Position numbers and translations under genes: made by a program. DNA of 64,000 bases from Fibrobacteria bacterium (GTDB lineage Bacteria; Fibrobacterota; Fibrobacteria; UBA11236; JADFYW01), in contig JBNKOC010000009.1 of NCBI GenBank assembly GCA_050294405.1, positions 85,869-149,868 of the forward strand. The letters are read 5' to 3'. Of this stretch, positions 29,320-39,312 are shown piece by piece (the stretch's first letter is position 1; each line of letters starts with the position of its first letter). The notes below the pieces were generated by a model. The model had not been told where the DNA came from, searched no databases, and saw only the letters and a program-made list of their open reading frames with translations.

Positions 29320-32300
29320 TTAAACGGGCTGCTTATCTGAGATCCACACATTGCCTTCCCCGGCAATTTCTTCTAATTGTTGGGTGAAATCCTTATAAGA
29401 AGAAACCTTTAAGGCGCGGCTTTTAAGGCGGTGATCTTTATCCATAGTATTGAGATGAAGGACAAAATCGCAATTCCCATGGTTCTCATCGCAAATTCCA
29501 AAAAGTTTGTCTATGTCTTCGTGCTGAAGCCCTGAGGCATTAAGTTTCACATGTATACTTTGGGTTAATTTTTCTCTCGCATCGGAAATGGGCAAAATCC
29601 GTTCGGCCACCAGCTTGGGTTCGTCTTTGCGCTCCACATCTCGCTTGAATTTTCCCCGAATTAATACCATGTTGTCTATTTCAATATGCTCCATGTATTT
29701 TTCGTAGGTGTCTGACCAGAAAACAACTTCAATTTTCCCGCTAAAATCTTCCAAAACCCCAAATGCAAAGGTGCGGTTGTCTTTTTGACTTATGCGCTTT
29801 CGAAGGGATGTTAGTATACCTCCTAAAATAATTGAGCTCTCGGTTTTTACCTTTTCCAGGGAAAGAGCGTCCAGGGCGCTTCCAGTAAAGGCTTCAATTT
29901 CCATGCGGTGCGGCTCCAGGGGGTGGCCTGAAAGGTATAAGCCTAAAACTTCTTTTTCTTTTCCCAACAACTCGCTGTAAGGCCAGGGATCCACATCGGG
30001 CTGACTCAACTCTTCTTCTTCACTATTAGAGTCTTGTTGCGGGCTGTCGAATAAAAAAGTCTGACCCAATTCTTTATCCCTATGGTATTTGGCGGCAAGT
30101 AACATGGCTTCTTCTACAGAAGCATATTGCTGCGCACGGCTTCCCGGCAAATCATCCATAGCCCCTGCGTAAATCAAAGACTCAATAGCCCGGCGATTTA
30201 AATAAGAAACATCTAATCTTTTGCATAAATCCAAAACGGATTTAAAAGGGCCGTTTTCTTTGCGTTCTTCTACTAATTTTTCAGCGGCGCTCATTCCCAC
30301 ATTTTTAATGCCAGCCAATCCATATATTATGGAGCGTCCCTTAGAGACAAATTGAGGGTGGCTGTGGTTGATGTTAGGACAAATAACTTCAATATCTAAC
30401 TGCTTGCAATCATTTAATAAAATGACCAATCTATCTGTATTGTCAATTTCCGAGCTCATATTCGCCGCCAAAAATTCTGAGGGAAAGTGAGCTTTTAAAT
30501 AGGCCGTTTGATAAGCTATTGTGGCGTAGGCGGCAGAATGGCTTTTGTTAAAAGCGTAACTGGAAAAAGGAACCAGAGTGTCCCAGATGGTTTCGGCAAC
30601 TTTTCGTGGGTATCCTCTTTCTTCGGCGCCATCGATAAACTTGGGCTTAAGTTTATCCATTTTTTCCACATTTTTTTTAGCCATGGCCCGGCGCATTTCA
30701 TCGGCGCCCCCCAGAGTAAAACCGGAAAGAACCTGGGCGATTTGCATCACCTGTTCCTGGTAAACAATGACTCCATATGTTTCACCCAAAATGGGTTCCA
30801 GGTTTTTGTGGTAATAATCAATTTTTTCATTGCCATTTTTACGGGCGATGTAATTGGGGATGTTTTCAATGGGGCCAGGTCGATACAAGGCATTCATAGC
30901 AATAAGGTCTTCAATGCCAGTAGGTTTCAGCTTTCTTAAATAATCCTGCATACCCCCGGATTCAAATTGGAACACTCCCACGGTTAATCCTTTGCCCAAT
31001 AACTCCAAAGTTTTTGGATCATTCTCGGGCAATGTTAATGGGTCCAGAGTTTGGCCGGTTTTTAACTCCACTTCTTTCAGACAATCCTGTATAACAGAAA
31101 GGTTTCGCAAACCTAAAAAGTCCATTTTCAAAAGACCAATTTCTTCTGAGAATTGCTTATCGTATTGGATCATCAATTGATCAGAACCAGGTTGTCGGAA
31201 AAGCGGCGCGAAGTTAACCACCGGCTCTGGGGCTATTATAACCGCTGCGGCGTGCATTCCCGCTTGCCTAACAAAACCTTCCAGATTTAAAGCGATGTTT
31301 TGCAGCCTTTCTTTTTGAGGTTCACTGCTCAAATCCTTTTTTAAATCGGGAGAAGATTCAATGGATTCTTTTAAATCCGCAAAGGGTTTATCCGGGGGAA
31401 AAAGCTTACATATTCGATTGAGTTCCTGAGCTTCAAATCCCATGGCCCTACCCACATCGCGCAGCACCATTTTAGCTTTCATTCTTCCATAGGTCACGAT
31501 TTGGGCAACGGATTCCACCCCGTATTTTTGCACTACGTATTTAATAACTTTCCCTCTATCTCTATCGGAAAAATCCGTATCGATATCGGGCATGCTCACA
31601 CGTTCAGGATTTAAAAAACGTTCAAAAAGCAAATTAAATCGCAGGGGATCTACATCGGTAATTCCAATAACATAGGAAACAATGGAGCCCACCGCAGAGC
31701 CGCGGCCAGGTCCCACTGGAATATTCATCTTCTTAGCTGCGTTTATAAAATCCTGAACGATTAACATATAGCCGGAGACACTCATTTTTTCCATGACTTC
31801 CAATTCGTAATGGACCCGTTCGAGAATTTCCGGAGTTACGTTGGAGTAGCGTTTTTTCACACCTTCCAGGGAAAGGTGCCGCAAATAATCGTGGTCGTTT
31901 TTAAAACCTTTTGGAGTGGGGGAACGGGGCCAATACAATTTTCCAAATTCGATTTCCAAATCGCATTTGTCTGCAATAGCCAAAGTGTTTTGAATAGCGC
32001 CTGGAAAATGCCCTAATATTTTTTCCATTTCCTCGGAACTTTTCAAATAATACTGGTCCGATTCTCTTTTGGGGCGGTTTGGATCATCTAGTTTCCAGTT
32101 CCCTTCAATACATAAAATAACATCATAGGCCTCGGCGTCTTTTTGCTCTACATAGTGGACATCGTTGGTAGCTACCAGAGGAATATTTTTTTGCTTATGA
32201 AATTCCAAAAACGCGGCATTGACTTTTTGCTCAGGTTCCAATTTATGATCCTGGACGCATAAATAAAAATCATCTTTACCAAATACATCTTGAAAATATT

Positions 32301-32781
32301 CAATGAGACTATTGGCTGCGTCCATATCGTCATCTACAATGGCCTGGCCAATGGCGCCCTGAAAATTTGAGCTAAGGCATATTAACCCTTCTGCATGGGA
32401 GCTTAAAATCTCCTTGTCAATCAGAGGCTTATGTTGCAGCCCTTCCGTAAATCCCAGGGAGCAAAGTTTTAAAAGGTTTTTGTAACCGGGTTGGTTTTTG
32501 GCGATTAATATTAATTTAGAATATCCGTTTTGCTTTCCAGGGGGTATGGGCTCGGTTCTTTTACCTCTGGCCACATAAAAATCACAGCCCACGATGGGTT
32601 TGATCCCGGCTTTCTTGGCGTTGGTGTAAAATTCCAGCATACCAAACATATTGCCGTGATCCGTTAAAGCCAGGGCTTTTTGTCCGTGTTGGGATGCCTT
32701 TTGCACCATATTTTTAATACGGGCTGCAGCCTGCAACATGGAGTATTCGGAATGGCTATGTAAATGAATAAATTCTGTCAT
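29320..32781 (-). CDS. dnaE: DNA polymerase III subunit alpha
   Basis: PHP 'HLHSHSEYS..TDHG', 'GPGRGSA', 'MPDIDTDF', 'YAFNKSHS', OB-fold C-terminus. Confidence 0.97.
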   Translation of the reverse strand: MTEFIHLHSHSEYSMLQAAARIKNMVQKASQHGQKALALTDHGNMFGMLEFYTNAKKAGIKPIVGCDFYVARGKRTEPIPPGKQNGYSKLILIAKNQPGYKNLLKLCSLGFTEGLQHKPLIDKEILSSHAEGLICLSSNFQGAIGQAIVDDDMDAANSLIEYFQDVFGKDDFYLCVQDHKLEPEQKVNAAFLEFHKQKNIPLVATNDVHYVEQKDAEAYDVILCIEGNWKLDDPNRPKRESDQYYLKSSEEMEKILGHFPGAIQNTLAIADKCDLEIEFGKLYWPRSPTPKGFKNDHDYLRHLSLEGVKKRYSNVTPEILERVHYELEVMEKMSVSGYMLIVQDFINAAKKMNIPVGPGRGSAVGSIVSYVIGITDVDPLRFNLLFERFLNPERVSMPDIDTDFSDRDRGKVIKYVVQKYGVESVAQIVTYGRMKAKMVLRDVGRAMGFEAQELNRICKLFPPDKPFADLKESIESSPDLKKDLSSEPQKERLQNIALNLEGFVRQAGMHAAAVIIAPEPVVNFAPLFRQPGSDQLMIQYDKQFSEEIGLLKMDFLGLRNLSVIQDCLKEVELKTGQTLDPLTLPENDPKTLELLGKGLTVGVFQFESGGMQDYLRKLKPTGIEDLIAMNALYRPGPIENIPNYIARKNGNEKIDYYHKNLEPILGETYGVIVYQEQVMQIAQVLSGFTLGGADEMRRAMAKKNVEKMDKLKPKFIDGAEERGYPRKVAETIWDTLVPFSSYAFNKSHSAAYATIAYQTAYLKAHFPSEFLAANMSSEIDNTDRLVILLNDCKQLDIEVICPNINHSHPQFVSKGRSIIYGLAGIKNVGMSAAEKLVEERKENGPFKSVLDLCKRLDVSYLNRRAIESLIYAGAMDDLPGSRAQQYASVEEAMLLAAKYHRDKELGQTFLFDSPQQDSNSEEEELSQPDVDPWPYSELLGKEKEVLGLYLSGHPLEPHRMEIEAFTGSALDALSLEKVKTESSIILGGILTSLRKRISQKDNRTFAFGVLEDFSGKIEVVFWSDTYEKYMEHIEIDNMVLIRGKFKRDVERKDEPKLVAERILPISDAREKLTQSIHVKLNASGLQHEDIDKLFGICDENHGNCDFVLHLNTMDKDHRLKSRALKVSSYKDFTQQLEEIAGEGNVWISDKQPV

Positions 32782-32784
32782 ATG

Positions 32785-34671
32785 TTATTCGATTACCCTT
32801 AGGGAACTGATGTCTTCTAAGGAATATTCTGAGCGCATTCCCGATTGGACTTCCGTTCCTATAATTTTTGGCTGGCTGTCTTCGTGGATAATTCTAAGAG
32901 GCCTGATTAATATGCGCCGTATATCGCCGTTTATAATGCTTATTTCCACTTTTTTATCTGTTACAATGGCGTATTCCACCATGCGACTAAAATTAATATT
33001 GGAAGCAGACTTGGATTGGCTGGAGTATTTTTTACTGGGGCTTTGTTGGCGATTAAAAAAGCGGCCTTTTTCGTTGCTGTGAAACTGGATTTCTCCTCTG
33101 GAAAAATCAGAGGAAAAACTCCTGGGGTTTTCTGGTTTTATTTTTATTAGTCCAGTTTGAGTCTCTTTTCTCTGAGGATCTCCAGGGCTTAAGCCAAATT
33201 GGGACAAAAAACTCTGGACTTCATCTTTGCGAAAAGGGTTGATAACAAAGCCATAACCTTCAATGGCCTCCTCGGTAAGTTTTAAAAAGGGTGGAAGCTG
33301 ACTGAGTAATTTCCACTTTTCTTTATCTTTAATACGCAAAACCAAAAGTTCCTGAAATTCGCTGGATGTATAGCTTGCGCTCCATTCTTTAAGGCTTTCC
33401 CGGGTTTGGTCGTTAAATCCCAACCAATCCATTAGCTCCAGAAAAACTTCTTCACTGATCCCGCTTTTCAGGCCTTCCACTACGGATTCTTTGCTGAGCC
33501 TATAAGAACACATGGCCTCGTCATTTTGTTTTTGGGCGAGACTTTCCAACTGAAAGCGGCGATGGGGTGGGGCTTCGTTGGAAAGTAATACTTCAAAATT
33601 GGGCAGGCTATAGGAAAGGCTCTCTTCTGTTTGGGGCGCTACATGTTCCTTTAAAAATTGGGTGTTGAATTTAGCAAGATGGATTTTAGCTCTTTGTAAT
33701 TGAAATTCAACACCTCCCAATACATATAATTCTTTTAGTACATCGGGTAAATTTTCCCAACTGAACCCCTCTTTAGTGCCATAGGCTACGGTGGCGGTTT
33801 TCAAAGGGGAATAACATTTCCATAGAGCTGCCAAATCTGTGAGAAGGGTTCCTTCGGGGTATTGGGATTCTAAAATTTCAAAAATTTTTCTGGAGTTGCA
33901 CATGCGCCTTCGCAGCCACCATTCCACGAGGGATTGGTTTATTTCTTGATACTCTAGGGAACAGTATTCCAGCCCCTCTTTAGATAAAAACAGTCTGTCA
34001 CCGCCATCTAACAAAAATTGCTTATCCAAACAAAATTGAAAATACATATCCAATTCCAACTGGCTTATTTGGGGTGAAATATTTTGGGATGCCGTAAAAT
34101 TATCCCTTAACATTAAGATTGAACGCCTGTTTAATTCCCCCTTTTGCGTGCACTTGAGTCTGCCCAAATAAGCGGAGGCCATAAAGTGAATCAAGTGGGG
34201 AATAGTGAAATTTTGATGGCTGAATAACCCTTCTGCTTTGATGCCGAAACCGGCATTTTTAGGAAGAGTTTGTTCTAATACAGGGATAAATAATTCCCGG
34301 AAACCGTGAAAAGAATAATTATCCCCCTTGCGGGAGTAGATTAACATTTTTTCTTCGAGGCTGTGCAATTGCTGAGAAAGTTGAGCCGGGTCCCGCTCCC
34401 TGGAATTTGAATACAAATCGGACTCTAATACACCGCGTTCTTCGCTAAAGTAAATTTCCCCTAAAAGTCCGGATTCTATTTCTGTTAATTCCTCAAGACT
34501 TTGGGAAAGCCGTTCTTCATCCAAGGCCCAGCTTTCCATGTCGCTTAAAACTTTTGAACCCTGTACCAGGCCTTTAATTTTTTGATGCTTTTTATGGAGT
34601 TTTGCCAGCCAGCTTTTTGGACCTTCTTCCAGATAATTTTTAATTCCAAGCATCTTAAACTTTAAACCCAA
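32785..34671 (-). CDS. Helicase-associated (XPB/Helicase_C_3-like) domain protein with C-terminal WYL-like domain
   Basis: 'PNFEV...YRLSKESV..GL..G......L..W' segment, and C-terminal 'AI...KKVEI......R...P.......G.......R.EY.L..I'. Confidence 0.6.
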   Translation of the reverse strand: MGLKFKMLGIKNYLEEGPKSWLAKLHKKHQKIKGLVQGSKVLSDMESWALDEERLSQSLEELTEIESGLLGEIYFSEERGVLESDLYSNSRERDPAQLSQQLHSLEEKMLIYSRKGDNYSFHGFRELFIPVLEQTLPKNAGFGIKAEGLFSHQNFTIPHLIHFMASAYLGRLKCTQKGELNRRSILMLRDNFTASQNISPQISQLELDMYFQFCLDKQFLLDGGDRLFLSKEGLEYCSLEYQEINQSLVEWWLRRRMCNSRKIFEILESQYPEGTLLTDLAALWKCYSPLKTATVAYGTKEGFSWENLPDVLKELYVLGGVEFQLQRAKIHLAKFNTQFLKEHVAPQTEESLSYSLPNFEVLLSNEAPPHRRFQLESLAQKQNDEAMCSYRLSKESVVEGLKSGISEEVFLELMDWLGFNDQTRESLKEWSASYTSSEFQELLVLRIKDKEKWKLLSQLPPFLKLTEEAIEGYGFVINPFRKDEVQSFLSQFGLSPGDPQRKETQTGLIKIKPENPRSFSSDFSRGEIQFHSNEKGRFFNRQQSPSKKYSSQSKSASNINFSRMVEYAIVTDKKVEISIINGDIRRILIRPLRIIHEDSQPKIIGTEVQSGMRSEYSLEDISSLRVIE

Positions 34672-34749
34672 TTAAACGCTTAAAGGTAAAAAAATGCTCC
34701 TAATTTTTGTGAAGATCTTGTGGGCTTAAATAGGGTAAAAATCTTTGAA

Positions 34750-34786
34750 AAAACAAAAAGCTGCCCGCCTTGCGGCGGACAGCTTT
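34750..34786 (-). terminator. Intrinsic terminator after flagellin
   Basis: Minus strand AAAGCTGTCCGCC-GCAA-GGCGGGCAGCTTT followed by a U-rich tract. Confidence 0.8.
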
Positions 34787-34810
34787 CTATCAATGAAGCG
34801 CCAAACCCCC

Positions 34811-35686
34811 TTATCCAAGGAGTTGAAGCACTGATGAAGGTACGGCGTTGGACTGCGCCAACATCGCCGTAGCTGATTGGGATAAAATCTGCGCCTTAGT
34901 GAATTTTGTTGTTTCCACCGCAAAATCTACATCCCGGATTCTGGATTCGGCATCCTGAGTATTGTAGGCTTGGTTTGCAATGTTGTCAATTGCATGGTGA
35001 AGCCTGTTTACCACAGCTCCAATGCCAGAGCGCATGGCGGATACACTGCCAATGGCTGAATCAATGGTTGTGATTGCAGAAAAGCTGTTGGCTTGACTGG
35101 TTACATTGGTTTGGCCTGTTCCACTTAATGTCATTCCCAAAGCGCCCAAAGTCAGGGAATCGATGGAAACTGTTAAGGTGTCCGTAGAACCAGTTAAAGA
35201 ACCACCGTTATTGTTGGCACCAATATGCAGTACAGACTGGGCCCCACCAGTAGTTCCAAAGGAACCTGCAGCACCATCTAAAAGAGTTTGCCCATTGTAT
35301 TGAGCAGACACACTGATTCGGGAAATTTCAGACATTAAAGACTCAAATTCCTGGTTGGTGTAGCCTCTTTCGGTGGTGGTTAAAGTGGAGTTGGAGCTTT
35401 GAATGGCCAATTCGCGCATTCTTTGCAAAATGGCGGAGATTTCATTGGCTGCTCCTTCAGCTATTTGCAATAGGGCAATACCGTCTTCTGCATTAGCCTG
35501 AGCTTGTCTTAAACCTCTCACCTGAGTCCGCAATTGCTCAGAGACAGAAAGACCAGCGGCGTCATCAGAAGCCCGGTTAATTCGCAAGCCTGTGGAAAGT
35601 TTTTCCAGTGAGCTTGTGAGTGCATTACTTTGTACTCGCGAAGCATTTTGCCCAATCATGCTAGCGATGTTGTGATTAATTCGCAT
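34811..35686 (-). CDS. fliC: Flagellin
   Basis: 'MRINHNI', 'EKLSTGLRINRASDDAAGL', 'LQRMREL', 'ESRIRDVDFA.E', 'QILSQS..AMLAQ'; GGAGG RBS. Confidence 0.96.
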   Translation of the reverse strand: MRINHNIASMIGQNASRVQSNALTSSLEKLSTGLRINRASDDAAGLSVSEQLRTQVRGLRQAQANAEDGIALLQIAEGAANEISAILQRMRELAIQSSNSTLTTTERGYTNQEFESLMSEISRISVSAQYNGQTLLDGAAGSFGTTGGAQSVLHIGANNNGGSLTGSTDTLTVSIDSLTLGALGMTLSGTGQTNVTSQANSFSAITTIDSAIGSVSAMRSGIGAVVNRLHHAIDNIANQAYNTQDAESRIRDVDFAVETTKFTKAQILSQSATAMLAQSNAVPSSVLQLLG

Positions 35687-35714
35687 GAGATAACCTCCGT
35701 GTTGTTGTGAACCA

Positions 35715-35737
35715 AGAGCAGCTTCCTTGCTGGCTCT
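35715..35737 (-). promoter_or_regulatory. CsrA-binding hairpin in the flagellin 5' UTR
   Basis: AGAGC(C)AGC-AAGGAA-GCTGCTCT, an ANGGAN hexaloop; a second ACGGAG overlaps the SD. Confidence 0.7.
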
Positions 35738-35767
35738 GTTAGAGGGCCGCAATTCCCTCTACCGGAT

Positions 35768-35795
35768 TTATCGGCAAAGCTCATAAGTCACTTTA
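35768..35795 (-). promoter_or_regulatory. Sigma28 (FliA) promoter of flagellin
   Basis: TAAA-N16-GCCGATAA on the minus strand upstream of fliC. Confidence 0.85.
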
Positions 35796-36071
35796 AATTT
35801 TTCTTTAACTTTTTTTTAAGTTCTTTGTAACTTATTAAAAAATAAAGGGTTAAATTTTCGAAAAAGTTTTTTGAAACCAATTACAGGCCTTTTTTTAAAA
35901 GTTTGATTTTGGTTTTTTGAGCTTTAAGATGAGCTTAAATTCTTATAGTCCAGGTTATCAAAAGCTTTAATCCAAGTTCTCTCAGAGTAGGATAAAAAAT
36001 GGGTTTCAATAAAAAAACCCAGTAAGAACCCCACCAAATGCTATTAATAAATAAGCTTGCAAAAAAGGCGA

Positions 36072-37097
36072 TTAACAAAAATCGGGATGGAAGGAACCAT
36101 CCAATGGAAGATAAGGTAAAACCTTGTGCACTTTGGGCAGGTTGTTTTGATTGGCTCGCAACTGGGCGATGCCGGCAATCATGGCTCCGTTGTCGGTACA
36201 AAGTGAAAAAGCTGGTACCACCACTTTGAATCCATTTTTTTGTCCCTCTTCCATTAAGCGGTTGCGCAAGAACTTATTGGCGCTCACTCCACCGCATATA
36301 ACTAGAGTTTGATGGCCTGTGGACTTCACTGCATTCACAGATTTTTTTACCAATACTTCTACAATGGCAGACTCCACACTGGCGCAAATATCATTTAGGT
36401 GTTTTTGTTTGTAATCTTCGCCAATGCCGTTGATGTAATTAAGAAAAGAGGTTTTAAGGCCGCTAAAAGAAAATTCAAAGTTTCCGGAGTGCTCCAGACC
36501 ACGGGGAAAGGCCACAAAGTTTCTGTCCCCTGTTTCGGCATGTTTTGAAATTAAAGGACCTGCCGGGTAACCAAGGCCCAATATTTTTCCACATTTGTCG
36601 AAGGCTTCGCCGGAAGCATCGTCTCTGGTTTTACCTAATATTTCATATTCGAAATTTTCTTTCGCCACGCAAAGTTCTGTATGTCCCCCAGAAACCGTAA
36701 GGCACACAAATGGCGTTGCTAAATCTTTGTCGGATAAATAGGCTGCGGCCAAATGGCCTTCCAGATGATTGATTCCGTACGCTGTTTTATTTAAGGATTT
36801 AGCCAACCCCCGTGCAAAAGAGGCTCCAACCAAAAGAGCGCCCACCAGCCCGGGGCCTCGGGTAAAGGCTATTTGGTCCACCTGGCTCATATCCAGCTTC
36901 GCTTCCTCAAGGGCGCTGCGGACTATGGGAGAGATTTTTTCTAAATGAGCTCTGGATGCTATTTCAGGAACCACCCCGCCGTAAACTTTGTGGTGTTCGG
37001 TTTGGGTATAAATTTTGTTTGCTAAAACCTCTAGTTTGTCGTTTACAATTCCGCAGGAGGTTTCATCACAAGAAGTTTCTATGCCAAGGGTAATCAT
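36072..37097 (-). CDS. tsaD: tRNA N6-adenosine threonylcarbamoyltransferase
   Basis: 'GIETSCDET', 'GGVVPEIASRAH', 'NHLEGH', 'VSGGHT', 'CTDNGAMI'. Confidence 0.97.
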   Translation of the reverse strand: MITLGIETSCDETSCGIVNDKLEVLANKIYTQTEHHKVYGGVVPEIASRAHLEKISPIVRSALEEAKLDMSQVDQIAFTRGPGLVGALLVGASFARGLAKSLNKTAYGINHLEGHLAAAYLSDKDLATPFVCLTVSGGHTELCVAKENFEYEILGKTRDDASGEAFDKCGKILGLGYPAGPLISKHAETGDRNFVAFPRGLEHSGNFEFSFSGLKTSFLNYINGIGEDYKQKHLNDICASVESAIVEVLVKKSVNAVKSTGHQTLVICGGVSANKFLRNRLMEEGQKNGFKVVVPAFSLCTDNGAMIAGIAQLRANQNNLPKVHKVLPYLPLDGSFHPDFC

Positions 37098-37257
37098 AGC
37101 TGCCTTTTAAAAATACTCAATGCAACCATAGATTAAGTATTGTCCCCCATTTTATCAACAGGCTAGTTTAAAATAACCTCCATTTAAATGCAGCCATTAA
37201 ACCACATGGGAAAGAATTTTTCCCAATGGGCTTAAAAAACTACTTTGTGGGCATTCC

Positions 37258-38127
37258 ATGAAGAACCAAATATTCTTTTTAATTGCTGAAGGCTTAAGAG
37301 GGTTTAAAAACTCCCGGGATGGTTTGCTGGCAGCCATATTTACCATAGCCATATGCACCGCCGTTTTAGGCTTGGTTTCCATTTCCCTGCAAACTTTTTA
37401 CAGTCAATTTGCCTCCATTGAAATCGACCGCAGTCTTAGGGTATTTGTCTTACCCAGTCATGAGGATGAAGATTCGCTTTTGAATCTGGAAAATAAAATT
37501 ATGCAGCTGGGGTTTATTGATTCGGCTCAGCTGGTGTCTAAAGAAGAGGCAATGGAAGAATTCAAGAAGGACTTTAATCCCGAACTATTGGCCAGCCTTC
37601 CCTATAACCCCTTGCCTCCCAGTTTTATTGTGTACCCCAACAGCCATTACGAATCTGCAGCCCGCCACGAGAGTTTAAGAAATAATTTGCAGACTTTGGA
37701 GGGAGTGGAAACTGTTTCCCAAAGCAACATATATCTGGCCTGGATGGAAAAATGGAAAGTACCCGTAATGGGCAGTTGTTTGTTAGTGGGCCTTTTTGTG
37801 TTGGTGTCTCTGGGGCTTATTATATCCAACTCCGTGAAACTGAATTTGTACGCCCGGAAAAAACTGGTAGATAACATGAAGTACTGCGGGGCTTCGGAAA
37901 TTTTTATTGTAATTCCTTTTATGGTGGAAGGCTTGTTTTTAGGATTAATGGGAAGTTTGCTGGGCATTATTTTCTGCCTTTTGGTATTGTCCGGGGTGGA
38001 AGGCCTTTTGGCAAATAGTTTTGAGCTGGAATACTACAAGCCCATTTTATATGTATTGCTGCTTTGCGGCTTATTAACTTCTCTGGCTTCTTTTCGTACG
38101 GTTAAGAAATTTCTCCAACTGGTGTAA
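37258..38127 (+). CDS. ftsX: Cell division permease-like protein FtsX
   Basis: TM1 + periplasmic 'SKEEA.EEF....NPLP.S' + 'NSVKL..YAR....MK..GAS..FI..PF..EG'. Confidence 0.85.
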   Translation: MKNQIFFLIAEGLRGFKNSRDGLLAAIFTIAICTAVLGLVSISLQTFYSQFASIEIDRSLRVFVLPSHEDEDSLLNLENKIMQLGFIDSAQLVSKEEAMEEFKKDFNPELLASLPYNPLPPSFIVYPNSHYESAARHESLRNNLQTLEGVETVSQSNIYLAWMEKWKVPVMGSCLLVGLFVLVSLGLIISNSVKLNLYARKKLVDNMKYCGASEIFIVIPFMVEGLFLGLMGSLLGIIFCLLVLSGVEGLLANSFELEYYKPILYVLLLCGLLTSLASFRTVKKFLQLV

Positions 38128-39308
38128 TGTTGTTGGTAAAAAAAATTAGTCTGTCCCTTTTTTTATCTTCCTCTTTATTAATTCCAGCCCTTTGCTTTGG
38201 GATAAATTACCAGGAACAAATCCAGGAGCAAAAAAAAGAACTGGAAGAAATGAAAAAACAACTTTCCGCGGAAAAGGAGGAGTTGCAGCAGCTCATTAAA
38301 AAACAAAGCAATGTATTAAAGCAAACCGAGCAAATTGAACAAAACATAACCCTGGCCGAACGCTATATTAAAAAGCTAAATGAAACCCAGAATATGTTGC
38401 AGGAGTCTGCCGAAAAAACCGAGCAGGAATTGCACCGTTTGCAGGAAAACCTGCATAGCCAATACGAAAGCATGTCCAAACGGGTGCGGGATTGGTATAT
38501 ATCCGGACGTTCTAAAAATTTAAACATGTGGTTTAACCGTGAAGGGGAATTGGACCTTTGGCGTGGAACTTATTACTTACATCGCCTGGTGGGTTATGAT
38601 AATTTTCTGGTTTCTCAAATACAGGAAAAAAAACAAGCCGAAACCAATATGTATCTGGAATACCAGAATCGGCTGGAGGAAATGCAGGAATTCAAAAGCC
38701 ATAAAGCTGACGAAGTTTCAAAATTTGAAAAAGAAAAAAAAGGGCTGTTAAAAACATCCGCCAAATTAAAAAACGATGAGTCCGCCAAAAGAAAGGCTCT
38801 GGAGGAAATGGAAAAAAACGCCATAGCCATTTCCAAAATCATTAAAACTCTGGAGCAAAAAAGACAGGAAGAACTAAAGAAAAAGAAAAAGCCGAAAACT
38901 CTGGATAAAAAAGGCAAAGGCTGCCAGCCGGTTAATGGGCCCATAACATCCAAGTTCGGATTAAAATACCACGCCACCTTAAAAACCAGTACTAAAAATT
39001 TAGGAGTGGAATACTTGGGAGAAGCTGGAGAGGCAGTAGTTGCCGCAGCTGGAGGAGAGGTTGTTTATGTGGACAGAATCCCCGGGTACGGCAGAGGCAT
39101 TATTATTTATAACGGTTCTGGTTATTATAACATTTACGGGAATATTGAAAATATAAAGGTTAAAGTTGGGGATATGGTTAAAGGTTGCAGCGAAATTGCC
39201 AGAATAAGTGCGAAAAAAAATAAATTATCCCGTCAAATATATTTTGAAGTGCGCAAAGAGAAGAATCCTATCGACCCTGTGGAATGGCTGAAAACTATGA
39301 TAAATTAA
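38127..39308 (+). CDS. envC: Murein hydrolase activator EnvC-like (coiled coil + degenerate M23)
   Basis: Signal peptide, long coiled coil, M23-fold C-terminus lacking the metal-binding His motifs; follows ftsX. Confidence 0.75.
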   Translation: MLLVKKISLSLFLSSSLLIPALCFGINYQEQIQEQKKELEEMKKQLSAEKEELQQLIKKQSNVLKQTEQIEQNITLAERYIKKLNETQNMLQESAEKTEQELHRLQENLHSQYESMSKRVRDWYISGRSKNLNMWFNREGELDLWRGTYYLHRLVGYDNFLVSQIQEKKQAETNMYLEYQNRLEEMQEFKSHKADEVSKFEKEKKGLLKTSAKLKNDESAKRKALEEMEKNAIAISKIIKTLEQKRQEELKKKKKPKTLDKKGKGCQPVNGPITSKFGLKYHATLKTSTKNLGVEYLGEAGEAVVAAAGGEVVYVDRIPGYGRGIIIYNGSGYYNIYGNIENIKVKVGDMVKGCSEIARISAKKNKLSRQIYFEVRKEKNPIDPVEWLKTMIN

Positions 39309-39312
39309 CTTT

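Noticed and set aside
29320..32781. Intein in dnaE (or gyrA)
   Set aside because: Lengths are ordinary and no intein or LAGLIDADG motifs are visible.
35935..36229. Short ORFs between fliC and tsaD
   Set aside because: They overlap the tsaD 3' end and have no RBS or recognisable motifs.
38127..39308. Active M23 peptidase
   Set aside because: The HxxxD and HxH metal ligands are absent, which fits an EnvC-type activator.
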